In this document: positions 1 through 11,821 of the stretch, piece after piece
Layout of the letters: every line of letters begins with the position of its first letter
How positions within the stretch are numbered: position 1 is the first letter of the stretch
Assembly: GCF_018977255.1 (NCBI RefSeq)
Contig: NW_024704743.1
Location: 32,800,001 to 32,864,000 of the forward strand
DNA from: Callorhinchus milii
Lineage: Eukaryota
DNA: 64,000 bases
Reading direction: 5' to 3'
Program-made: the position numbers and the translations under genes
Notes under the pieces: generated by a model
Told to the model about the DNA's origin: nothing
Databases searched by the model: none
The model's input: only the letters and a program-made list of their open reading frames with translations

Positions 1-318
1 TGGAGACGTCTCAAAGAGCTTCACTGAATACACTGTAATGTGAATTGACTATATTTTGTGGATGAAACGCGGCAGCCAATTGCACACAGCAGTATCCCAC
101 AAACGATCGTGGATTGAAGTGACCAATTTTTTTTTGAAGGAATTATTACCCCCAGAAAAGCGATACGCCAGTCGACTAACAACCAGGCTCCTACTTACTA
201 CTAGGTAAACAGAGGGGTGTGGAGTAACGAAACTTGCCCTACGTTTCGCCCTGACGGGAATTGAATCCCCTATCTCTCACTTGCAAGCCAAGGGCTCTAA
301 CTATTGAGCTACAGGAGT
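1..318 (-). mobile_element. tRNA-derived CORE-type SINE (cut by window edge)
   Basis: Reverse complement of the family head GGAGTCCTGTAGCTCAGTGGTTAGAGC and of the CORE-like segment. Confidence 0.85.
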
Positions 319-2769
319 TTGTGCTAAACTTGTCATTTTACAGTGACCAAAAGTGTGACTGTTTATTAAGTCTGACAAGGACCATAAGGTCAATCCAATG
401 GTAATAACCACATGAACGGTTAAAGCTGGGGAGCAGCTGTTTTTTCTGAATGGAATCACAGTTGTGGCTTTCATTGTGTGAACTCAGCTTATTTACCATT
501 TAGTCACTAACTTTCAACTAGCAGTTGAAAAATGTAATCTTCCAATTTCTGAAGGTAAAATGCTGTAAAAACAGAATTAAAGCATAGAGATCCAAGCTAT
601 TTAATTTTTTNACCAATCTGGGAAGAAATAATATTTTTCAGGTCAGACAACAGCAATTCTCAACACTGATCAAACTAAAACTAGGATCATTAGTGCTGTG
701 TCACAGGTGACTGAAGTACGATGACTTTTCTAGCTCTTTCTGTATCTAGTACTGATCAGGAAATTGGCGAAATAAATGAAAGAAGAAAGTCACATTCAAT
801 ACAGAACCAATTCACACCAGACGCATTCACTTCTCATTTCAAATCCAATAAGATTGCGCCACTGTCTGCCGCAAAAATGAGGATTATACAAACTAAATTA
901 CAAAAGGCTATTCATCCAACAGTCGTGTCAAACCAAAGTAAAACACACAGCTCATTTGATTTCTAATAAATTTACATTCCTTGGCTGCAGTAAAGTTCCC
1001 TCAGATTGGGTTGTTTGAAAACTTGTTCTTTTTGCTACTGTTACAGTGATCGTACAAGTTAAGAAATGTTATGTGATCAGTACCACAAAGAACAAGAGAC
1101 AATTTAGCTCATGTACAAAATACCATCGTTACTTCTGCAATCTCCTGAGAGAAAGTCATACTTTACTGCTGATCACCAAAACTTTATCAGATCAGCAACT
1201 GACAAAATATCCCCAAAAGATAAATTTGGGATAACATAATAAAACCTGAACTCGGACATACATGGCCTTTAAGCCTGAAATGCTTTCTGCTGCCATGTCA
1301 ACCACTGTGCCAGGATTTCTCTCTTAATTCCCTTCCATCCTCACATGACCTACCTGCTGCTAATTCCTCCGAATTTAACAGCCACTGCACTCAAACAAGC
1401 AAACACCACTCACACTGGTGGAATTTCCTCTCGCAAGAAGAGAGCAAACAAAGAGGATCCCAAGAGGTAGTGGGAAGGAGCAGAACAGTAAAAACAGAAA
1501 CAGAGCAAGTCTTATAACACGAGAATACAAATGCTGCAGTAAGAAAATATTATAAAGCTTCAAATGCTAGTCACCCCTAATGTGCGACTGGAGATATACC
1601 CCATATACAGCATCTCTGATTTATAGTGATTTTCTGTTTAGTAATATATTCTTCACTCAACATTAAATTTGAGGGAACAACGGGACTCTGGAATGTAAAC
1701 GTGAAAGCATCATAGAATGAATGTGCTTTTTCAAGCACAATAATGATCAACTAAAATATGCCAGGACTGTGCCCAAGACTGTTTTGTAAACTAAATCTCA
1801 GGAGCCTCGAATGACATTTATAAACTGTTTGAGGTAAAAGGCATCGGAATCCTGCTTTAGGTGACAGAATTGCAAGTCACTACTATTTATCCCTTCCTCC
1901 AGAAGGTGGACACATTAGGAAAAGACAAACAAATATTGCTTTTGCTCCAGTAGAGTCGCAGTATGTAGGCAACAAATGTTGCACAGAACAGACATAGTTT
2001 GGCTGGCGGTGCAGTTTACTACTGTTCAGAGGATTGGTATTGAAGTAAGATTAATGGAAAAAACATTCCATTTTGTCACACGTTTGGGAAAAGGCACTAG
2101 ATTTTAAAATTATTTTAATACCTGTATTGAACTAGCCTCCTGGTGGATGCAAATAATGCCATGAGAGGCATTAATTGAATCTTTAGATAAGTGAATCAGA
2201 TTACGCTGCTGACTGTGAACAATATGGAGCCAATGGAAAGACAGGCATCTCTTGGACAAGATCCAAATGAGAGATTTTTAACCATTTTACCCTCTAGTTT
2301 CCAGCGATTACTTCCTTTAAAACTGCTGACAAATATATCAGTTTTCTATAATCAGCGGAAAAAACAAAATATCTTTATTTGGAACAGATCAAAAGGTTCT
2401 ATAATTGTTTGATCAAGGGCTTCCTCGCTAGGGATTGGGAGGGAAGGGAGAAGGAAATTTGGATTCCAATCCCTGCATTCGTGGAAAACCTTGGGTTAAA
2501 GATTCCAGTGAGTATTTATACACAATTATAATAGGAAATCCCATTAGGGGACCCAAAACACCAAAGGCAATGAATCTAACACTCTATGGAATTGTTCCCC
2601 ACAGTTCAGAGAAGGATCATTCTCTGATACTTTAATCCTCCTGACACTCTCAATATAGGCTCATTCGTGAATAACTGTGGGGCGACAGAGTGATTTGATA
2701 CCAGCACTTGTGGAACTGCACTCAACTGCCTGTTCCTTTTGGAGGAGAATTTTTTTTGGCAAAGTGCAA

Positions 2770-2905
2770 CAATTTTGAATATTTTACTGAAGTGTTTCGC
2801 CCACAAATATACAATCAATTCACTTTACAGTATATTCTGTGAAGCCCTTTGGGACGTCTAGAAGACATGAAAAGTGCTAGATCAAATGCAAGGATTATTA
2901 TTATA
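2770..2905 (+). mobile_element. SINE 3' fragment
   Basis: Family tail ..atcaaatgcaaggattattatta. Confidence 0.75.
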
Positions 2906-3239
2906 TATATCAGTGTACAAACACTCAGCAGATTACTCAAATACTCAAACTTATGTATATAAGTGCTCCATCTGGTGGCTAATCTTAAAGCTAGTGAAAC
3001 TCAGCCACCAAAAAAAGCTCGAGCAGTGGTTGAGAATTTGATTAAAATGTGCCCTCCATTACTGGGGTCAGCAAACTAGTGATTGAAGCAACACTTTTGG
3101 GGAGATAAGAAAAAGCCTTTACACCCAACTGACCAAGTACTCAATGTCCTGACAATGGATGTCAATGGTGTGGGGGGCGGAGGGGGGAGAGGGGGGCGGG
3201 GAACTGTGGAATTGGCTCCTCTTGAATAATTTCTTAAAA

Positions 3240-3410
3240 AAAGTAATAAATTGGTCACTCAATCCACGAGTTGCTGTGCGCAATTGTCTGCCTCGTTTCA
3301 CCTACAAAATATACAGCCACTACACTTTATAGTACATCCTGTGAAGCGCTTTGAGACGTCTCGAAGACGGGATAAGACTCTGTATCAAATGCAAGGATTA
3401 TTATTATTAT
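3240..3410 (+). mobile_element. SINE 3' half
   Basis: aattggtcactcaatccacg..caaggattattattattat matches the other copies. Confidence 0.8.
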
Positions 3411-3665
3411 CTGAGACTATTTAATTCTGAAGCACAGAAAGGTTTATACCTCCTACTACTTTGACACCCCAACTCCCCTTGTGGTGCCCATAGTCTTGCT
3501 GGCGGGGGTAATAGCCTGTTTCTTTTTAACTACAAAAGAGCCTGGGATAGCCCCGCTTACCAACAGTGTAAAGCAGTCTTCCAGTCAGAGCAAGGAGCTC
3601 TACTTTAGAGACACACAGAAACGTAAAGAATAGACAGGAAAGCAAATAAGGCTGACCATCTGGAG

Positions 3666-3751
3666 CAGGGATAGCCAACTCGTGGCTCATGGGCCACATT
3701 ACACATGCGTACAATAGTCACAGCTTGTTAGCCGCAAATTGGCCATCCCTG
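3666..3751. mobile_element. 86-bp hAT (Charlie-like) MITE
   Basis: TIRs CAGGGATAGCCAA / TTGGCCATCCCTG (12/13). The 8-bp flanks ATCTGGAG / ATCTAAAG (6/8) resemble the NTCTARAN target. Confidence 0.75.
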
Positions 3752-3814
3752 ATCTAAAGGTCTTCCTTCCTAAATCAGATGAATACAATTGCAGTAAACC
3801 ATCGGTGATCAAAG

Positions 3815-4060
3815 CTAGACTCCAGTAGTACCCCAACACACACTAAAACCTTGGCTTTGGCCAACCTGCGTTTAATACTCCCCGGAATTAGGTGAACAGG
3901 ATCTCTCCCTCCAGGAAGAGAGTGTGCATTCCATTCCAATAAATATCTCTGGAATTTCCATGTGTAGGTGGAACGCAGACAATTCTGTTGGCTTTGGAGA
4001 CTCTTAGGCATGGTGATAGATTTCCGCATGTGTCAGACACTTGGCTGACCAAAATAAAAA
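3815..4060 (+). repeat. Unclassified dispersed repeat family, copy 1
   Basis: Alignable by eye to 7535-8500, 50530-50882 and 62262-62552 (reverse). Confidence 0.75.
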
Positions 4061-4067
4061 GGAAATC

Positions 4068-5096
4068 AACAGCAACAACAACTTGGATTTATATAGTGCC
4101 CTCCACGCCGGACGGCTTCTCAGAGCGCTTTACAGTAACGGATCCCAAGGCCGAGCCAGGGAGAGGGGGGGGAAGGTGGCCAAAGGCGCGGCTGAAAAGA
4201 GAGGTCTTCAGCCGAGACCTGAAAATAGGAAGAGAGGGGCTGAGGCGAAGGGAGTGAGGAAGGGAGTTGCAGAGCCTCGGGGCATAGTGGCTGAAGTCAC
4301 GGCCTCCGAGGGTTGAGCTTGGGGGACAAGAAGGAGGCCAGACCCGGAGGAACGAAGGCAAAAGGTGCTGTTTTGAGGAGAGAGGTCAGAGAGGTAGGGG
4401 GGTGCAGAGGAGTGGAGGGATTTGAAGACAAGAGTGAGGATCTTGAAGGCGATCCTCTCTGGGACAGGCAGCCAATGCAGTCTGGCAAGGACGGGTAAAC
4501 AGGGAGCGGAGTTTGTTGCGGGTTAAAATGCAGGCGGCAAAGTTTTGTATAATCTGGATTTTATGGATGGTAGTGGATGGGAGACCGGCGAGGAGAATGT
4601 TTGAATAGTCCAGCCGATAGGTGACAAATGCACGGACCAGGGTTTCAGGGGCTTTCGGAGAGAGGTACTGGCGGAGATGGGCAATATGTCGGAGGTGGAA
4701 GAAAGCGGTGCTAGTGGGGGACCGGATGTGGGGGAGGAAGGATAATTGGGGGTTGAACCTGACGCCAAGGTTGCGTACGGGTTCGGAGAGTTTTAGGGGG
4801 AGGTCGGGTAGGTTGAGGAGGTGAGCCCAGGTCACAGATAAAGAGGATGTCATTTGTGACTTTCACAAGCGCAGTCTCTGTACTGTGGGCGGAAACCAGA
4901 CTGGAGAGGTTCGAAGAGGGAGTTGGAGGAGGTGTGTGCGAAGTTGATTGGCAACAACGTGTTCTAGGACTTTTGTGAGGAAGGGCAGGTTAGAAATAGG
5001 ACGGTAGTCACTGGGGTTTGAGGGATCTGGGGAAGGTTTTTTTGAGGAGGGGGTGATGACAGCAGTTTTGAGGGGAGCAGGGACTGATCTGGAGGC
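4068..5096 (-). mobile_element. L2 LINE, 5'-truncated and internally deleted
   Basis: Decayed ORF2 frames [23 protein letters not shown] and VRNLGVRFNPQLSF..RLDYSNILLAGLP, with a (TTG)n-like tail. Confidence 0.92.
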
Positions 5097-5506
5097 ACAT
5101 TGGCGCGTTTCCCCGCCCAACCTACCCACATTGGGCGCGATCCCCGCCCAACCTACCCACATTGGGCGCGATCCCCGCCCAACCTACCCACATTGGGCGC
5201 GATCCCCGCCCAACCTACCCACATTGGGCGGGATCCCCGCCCAACCTACCCACATTGGGGGGATCCCCGCCCAACCTACCCACATTGGGCGGGATCCCCG
5301 CCCAACCTACCCACATTGGGCGGGATCCCGCCAACCTACCCACATTGGGCGGGATCCCCGCCCAACCTACCCACATTGGGCGCGTTCCCCGCCCAACCTA
5401 CCCACATTGGGCGGGATCCCCGCCCAACCTACCCACATTGGGCGGGATCCCCGCCCAACCTACCCACATTGGGCGGGATCCCCGCCCAACCTACCCACAT
5501 TGGCGG
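5097..5506 (+). repeat. 31-bp minisatellite, left arm (~13 units of CCCCGCCCAACCTACCCACATTGGGCGGGAT)
   Basis: Directly visible tandem units with few variants. Confidence 0.97.
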
Positions 5507-5531
5507 NNNNNNNNNNNNNNNNNNNNNNNNN
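5507..5531. other. Assembly gap (25 N)
   Basis: Run of n in the sequence. Confidence 1.
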
Positions 5532-6014
5532 GGTAGGTTGGGCGGGGACGCGCCCAATGTGGGTAGGTTGGGCGGGGACGCGCCCAATGTGGGTAGGTTG
5601 GGCGGGGATCCGCCCAATGTGGGTAGGTTGGGCGGGGATCCCGCCCAATGTGGGTAGGTTGGGCGGGGATCCCGCCCAATGTGGGTAGGTTGGGCGGGGA
5701 TCCCGCCCAATGTGGGTAGGTTGGGCGGGGATCCCGCCCAATGTGGGTAGGTTGGGCGGGGATCCCGCCCAATGTGGGTAGGTTGGGCGGGGATCCCGCC
5801 CAATGTGGGTAGGTTGGGCGGGGATCCCGCCCAATGTGGGTAGGTTGGGCGGGGATCCCGCCCAATGTGGGTAGGTTGGGCGGGGAACGCGCCCAATGTG
5901 GGTAGGTTGGGCGGGGAACGCGCCCAATGTGGGTAGGTTGGGCGGGGAACGCGCCCAATGTGGGTAGGTTGGGCGGGGAACACGCCCAATGTTGGTAGTT
6001 TGGGAGGGTGCCTA
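5532..6014 (-). repeat. 31-bp minisatellite, right arm in inverted orientation (~15 units, degenerate outer unit)
   Basis: Units are the reverse complement of the left-arm unit. Confidence 0.97.
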
Positions 6015-7005
6015 TTTTTTTACATTTTTAATTGAAAACGGCAAAACGTGTTCATCCACACAAACTCACACACACACACACTTTGAAGACTTTTTTTACA
6101 CCGTTTCAAAAGCGTTGCCCTAAATTAACCACTCTGCTACCCAGAAAGGAGGCAACCCATGATATTGGGCTACTTTCGGGGCTTGGTGTTTGGTTGACTT
6201 TGGACTGCAAATGTGTTATCTTTTCTGGCCACACTGCCAGCCAGAGACAGGGCCACGTCCAACCACTACACACTACATACATACACACATCATTAATACA
6301 TACTACACACGTACATACTACATACAGCTCCAAACCTCAGCCCACAGATGGTGACAACTCTAGGGCGCACCAGTTACTACTCCAACCCAGGGACTGGGAA
6401 CCATAGCCCCAGTCCTGGCGCAGGCATTGCCGGGAGAGATGTCCTCAATGCACTTTTACAGGGGGTGTTGGATATTTGTTCTCCCAGAGTTGAGGGATGT
6501 TTAAATCTCCTGACAACGTACTCCTTGGCCATGGCTCCTGAGTCACCTCCCTCTTTTGTGTCTGGCACAGTCTTTGGAGAGGTTTCCTACCCAAAAAGTG
6601 TTACATGAATATAATGTAACATAAACATTATTATTTTACTGTAAGGATTATTAGTGCACATTGTTGCTTAGGAAGAGAAGCCAATGTTAAATAGAGCTGG
6701 TAGTGCAAGTCAAATCTTCTGAAATACTCATGATGACTTATACCGTAACTCAATGTAACCTCAACTTCTAAGAAAACCTAAAGGGTTGAGCTCCATTTTG
6801 ACTTTTTTTCAGCAGCATAACTACTGTCTTGTGATTCTCTCTGCTTAAAGAGATTCGTTTCTGCAAAGTATTACTTGGCATCTACCCAAAATGTTCTCAA
6901 GACACTATCTGTCAACTTTGGCTTCTGTAGTGCTTTATAATGCCTCTATTTTGGATTCCTCATGTCCTGTTCGCATTTGCCCTATGACATGATTCTCTAT
7001 TATGT

Positions 7006-7312
7006 GGAGTCCTGTAGCTCAATGGTTAGAGCACTTGCTTTGCAAGCGAGAGACATGGGTTAGATTCCCACTAGGGTGAAACCTTGGACAAGTTTCCTTA
7101 CTCCACACACCTGATAATAATCCCTCAAAAAAAATTAGTAAATTGATCACTTCAATCCATGACTGTTTGTGGGACATTGCTGTGCGCAATTGGCTGCCGC
7201 ATTTCGCCCACAAAAATGCAGTCAATTCACTTTACAATCTATTCTGTGAAGCACTTTGAGACGTCTAGAAGACATGAAAAGTGCTATATCTAATGCAAGG
7301 ATTATTATTATA
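7006..7312 (+). mobile_element. CORE-type SINE, internally deleted subfamily
   Basis: tRNA-like A/B box head and ATT tail; the central ~65 bp is missing. Confidence 0.9.
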
Positions 7313-7680
7313 ATTTTGTCTCAAGTTTCATGTGGTTTGGACATAGAAGAAACATTGTGGATTGTCAGAGAATTGCATGCTTCCATTTTCACTGAATAGT
7401 TTAGACTGGAGTTGGTATTTCTTTTTATGGGAAGACAAAGTTGTAGTTTCCTGCTATTGTTCAAAAATAGTTTGTTCACTTACAAGTCTTTGATTGTGTA
7501 GTCAAATTAGTATTGTCTATAAGTATATGCGCCTAATACCTTCTGGAATTAGGTAAGCAGGATGTGTCCTTCAGGGAGTGTGCGCATTCCATTCCAATAA
7601 ACTTTCTGAAATTTCCATGTATAGATGGGATGCACAGGACTCATTATGGTCTGGAAACTCTTAAGCATGGTGATGGTTAG

Positions 7681-8457
7681 CAATGTTAACAAGACAGAAG
7701 CCACGTTCATTGGCTCCCGTCAACATCTTCTATCCCAAGGCTTTGACCTCCTCAACCTCCCTGGCCCATCCCTCAGACTTACCAAACTGATGCACAACCT
7801 ATGCTTCAGGTTTGACCCACATCTGGTCCCTGAACAGGACCACCTTCTTCCACGTTGCTCGCCTCCTACCATATCCCCAGACTCAGCCGATACACTCGTC
7901 CATGCGTTAGTCACCTTGTGACTTGACTTCTCAAATGCCCTCTTTGCCAGTTTCCCCAGCTCCACCATGCACAGGATCCAGCTGATCCAAAACCCCATCA
8001 CCCACATACTCACCGTACTGAACTCCTTACCCCCATTATACCAGTTCTAGCCAGGCTCCACTGGTTCCCCATCGCCAAACGGATTGATTTCAAGATGCTG
8101 CCACGCATTTTCAAATCCCTTCATGTCCTGACACCTCACCTCTCCGACCTGCTTCCCCCCAATCCGCTGCTTCCACTTGACTGGCTCTGGCATTCTGCAT
8201 GTCCCTTATGCCCTCAATTCACGATTGGTGGCTGCGCTTTCAACCACTACAGCCCAAAACTCTGGAACACTTTTCCTCTATCCCTCCACCTTTCCTCTTC
8301 CTTCCCATCTTCAGGTCATGCCTGAAGACCTTCCTCTTCGACCGTGCCTACGGTCACCTCCCCCTCCCACGGTCTCGGCATCGTGCTCCAGCACTGTCAA
8401 GCACTCTGAGACCCTACCCTATGTGAGCGGCACTATATAAATGCAAGTTGTTGTTGG
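7681..8457 (+). mobile_element. L2 LINE 3' fragment nested in an unclassified repeat copy (7535-7680 + 8458-8500)
   Basis: NVNKTEA..GSRQHL and YSPKLWNT frames, with tail ataaatgcaagttgttgttg. Confidence 0.9.
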
Positions 8458-8754
8458 TGGGCTCCTGCATGTGTCAGAAACCCAGCCGACCAAAAAAAAA
8501 GCAAGTGCTTTAAGTCTCCTTATATATTGGTTGAATATCTTTGTTCCACGTTGGCATGAGGTGTATGAGTAGGGTTATTAAAGAAATATAAGAGTTGCAA
8601 AATGGGATTAATAAAAACAGTGACTAAAAAAATGAGAGCTGTAGCAGGGAAGATGGCTTGAATGGTCTCCTTCTGTATAAAAAAAATTATGTTGTGGAAT
8701 ACCATTTACTAAATTTTTCAGTTCACGTCTAGAAATCTGGATTATTTAGATGAA

Positions 8755-11700
8755 GTGATATCATTTTCCCTTTTATTAAGCTAATACATATAGGTTACAT
8801 AAAATACACAACAGTAGAACTTCCTCAATTGTAGTGCCAACTTAAATGTGTTGTACTTTGTAATACAAATATACATTGAACAGTGGTAAGAAAATATTCA
8901 GTTTAGCATAGAAAATGAGAATATGGATTCCCACAGCTAGTTTAGTGTTCCAAAATATTTGCTTTTTCCAAAATGATGTCAATAATTAATGAGATGTGAG
9001 TTAAGCCTCCTCCAAAAAATCTCAAATCATACTTAAATGAAAAAAAGCTGTAAAAATTGATCACAGAATATATATTTTTTTAAAAAAGGGTGCATCTTCC
9101 ATATATTTGCTGTGAGTGCCATAGGAGACACGTGACCAGTTATACTGAACAGTATCCACACAACATTTTTGAGTAGCAAAGATAGCAATAGGCTTATACA
9201 GTATAGTAGGCAAGATAGTGGCTTTCTAATCCAGATGGATGAGACTGTTAAGACCCTTAATATTTCCTTGCTACAAGTATCAGATTGTCCATTGGCAGTA
9301 GTTGTGGAGAAACAGTCCATCGAACCCGCTGTTATGAGCAAAGACAGCTACAGTATAAAATAAATGGTAATCTGGAGAAAAAAGGGTGTAAAGTAGGCAC
9401 AATTTAAGAAAAAAAACTGTCAATAAAGCAGTATCTGAAAAAAAATCATAAATGAATGGCTTAGTCAGAGCTCACAACCTATTAAAAAAATCAGTTTATG
9501 ATAAAGTCTAGTGAATGCCCTAATACATCTACTGGAAAATACCCGTTTATCTAATCATGAACATTATTTTATAGTGACAATATTCCAGAAGACAATCAGT
9601 AATTCAAGGTGGGGCTCAGCTAATAATATTATGCTTAAAATAAATGCAGTCCAAATTAAAATTTCCCAATTGCACACGTGACAATTGCTAATCCTACGTG
9701 AATAGCCTCAGACATGGACCTAAACAGTTACCCTGGTGGAAAACACACCCAAAATGAAAGTAATATGTAAACTTGGGGCAATATGTTATAAAAATACCAT
9801 GAAGGGATTTCAAATTCAACTTAATTGTGAGGTTCAGATGTGGACTATAATCTGTTAAAACTTTGCTCCCATTGTTTCAGATTTCATTCTAAACCTCCGT
9901 TAGATTATTACCTTGTGAATCACATTCTAAGGTGCCGATTATTATACATAGCATAGCTATTGATAACTTGGATTTGCTGGTACATTAACATCGCAATCGA
10001 TTTCAATTTATTTTGCTCTTTTCTTGAAGCCTCTGATTCATAATGGGTTACAATTCCACAGGAGTACACCAACTCCAAACTCAGCCAAGTGGCCATTCTT
10101 AATGTGTGATTGAAGATCGAGTCCAGTCAGGTAATGAGGACCATGAACCACGAGGGGAATAAAAATAAAAAACCTGCATTTTGAATCACCTGTGCCTCAA
10201 ACCTCTTCTCACTTGACTGTTGCAAAATGTGTTTTCCAGCAGGAGTTACTGGTTAGAAATAGGAAGTCTGGTCGAATTTTCCTGGAAACACTGAGGTCAA
10301 TTCTACCTTTCCCATTTGTCACCACGGCTGAATTAGGCTGACGTAGCACAGACCAGCAAACAAACCTGTAATTTTCCTGTGATGTTTAATTTTAGACTAA
10401 ACTGAAGTTGACTACACTGAACTTACTAGTTGAACTATCGGTTCAATGAACCGTTGCTCATCGATAAAACCGCTCTACTCTAGACATACTGAATGTTTTT
10501 AAGAATGTTTGAATCATTTAAAAATACAATATTTAACATTAAAACATACAAAGTTAAAAAAATTGGATTCTTCTGTGGGATTGGGTATTTTCATGGTACA
10601 ACAGTTCAAAACTAATCTTTTCCACTTCCTAAGACTACCTAGCAGTATATGCATTTAATAAAAAAAATCTAAAACCATCTGCAATTCATTGGTTATGCAC
10701 AGATCAACAGCTGCAATGCCCAGCATGAGGTGAAATCGAACAATTCAGGGATGAAGTAACTGGCCTCCCTCCCGCATGATTATTGCCAACATACACAATA
10801 ATACTTTCGTCCAGCAAGTGGCGCTGTGCTATACAGAATCAGCTGTTTGCAAACCACTGACATGATTGTTTTTTCTGCTTTTAAAAATGTATAAACCAGT
10901 GTTACTCCTTTAAACTTTTTTTTGAAAGAGTGACCTGGAAGCGCTGACTGGCAGCTGCGCTACAGTTCAACCCATTATACCAAGTGGTCTGATTTTACAG
11001 ACCCAAATCACCATGTTAAAGAGGGGTTCTATGATGACTTTGATCTAGGTTGGAGTTCTGATTATTTCCCCGGCGGGATGAACTTCCTTGCCTAGGCCCA
11101 GAGAATTTAGGTGCAGGTTCATAAGAGCCAAGTTCTGGGCACCCCAGCTGCTAGAGTCTAACCAGCTAAAACAGTGCAGTCTTCCATTGTAAAGATTCAC
11201 ATTGCTTGTTCATCTTACGACTTTGGTTTGCGTGGTTTACAGGAACTGAGTGGAAAGAATCCCTGCTCCCAGCAATCAGTCTGCTTCTCCAAGTCCTGCT
11301 AATGAGTCAAGATGGCTGATCCGTCATCAACAATACCTGTCTCAGGACAGTCTAGTAAACTACCACAGAAGGTGGAACTCAATTCCTATCTGGCCTTGCC
11401 ACACGTGTCCCTTGGAGTTAACTCAGCCCTAAACAGCCACTTATCTATTCCCCCTGGATCATCGTCACTTTTTGATTAGATGGTTCTAGACATTGGATAA
11501 GCACAGGTTTAACCTCACTAGATAGTACTAGGAGCTACGTGGTGAGCAACATAAATTAGCATAAAATATAAGAGTCTACTCTTTGCTACACCCCCTATCT
11601 CCGACAGTGGTAGGTGATACGCTCCAGCAGCTGCTTACCTATGCATTCCAATTTGAGCACTACATCTTTTAAAATTAAAGGCAATTAGAACATCCTGTAA

Positions 11701-11821
11701 GATATGTAGTGAATTTCCATAAGCCAGGGAAATTTTCCCCAAACCAGATTCTTTTTGAAAAAGTAAATATGAGTAAATATTGTTCTCGGTTATCACTTTA
11801 AACAAATCTAAACCAAAAAAT
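8755..11821 (-). other. PARD6G: Probable long 3' UTR of PARD6G
   Basis: The region follows the stop codon, is AT-rich, and lacks the young SINE/LINE copies that fill the flanks. Minus-strand AATAAA occurs at 8772-8777 (another at 10007-10012). The end point is inferred. Confidence 0.55.
8772..8777 (-). terminator. Candidate polyadenylation signal AATAAA
   Basis: Plus-strand tttatt at the distal edge of the TE-poor block downstream of the stop codon. Confidence 0.45.

Noticed and set aside
1..3600. Neighbouring gene (e.g. ADNP2, adjacent to PARD6G in human)
   Set aside because: No recognisable coding sequence lies in this part of the window.
5053..5989. Long Pro-rich repeat ORFs (PAQPTHIGRDPRPTYPHWAGSPPNLPTLGG)
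   Set aside because: They are a by-product of a stop-free 31-nt unit cycling through the three frames. They cross an N gap and have no gene structure.
5097..5995. CRISPR-like palindromic repeat array
   Set aside because: The spacers are identical rather than unique, there are no cas genes, and the context is vertebrate.
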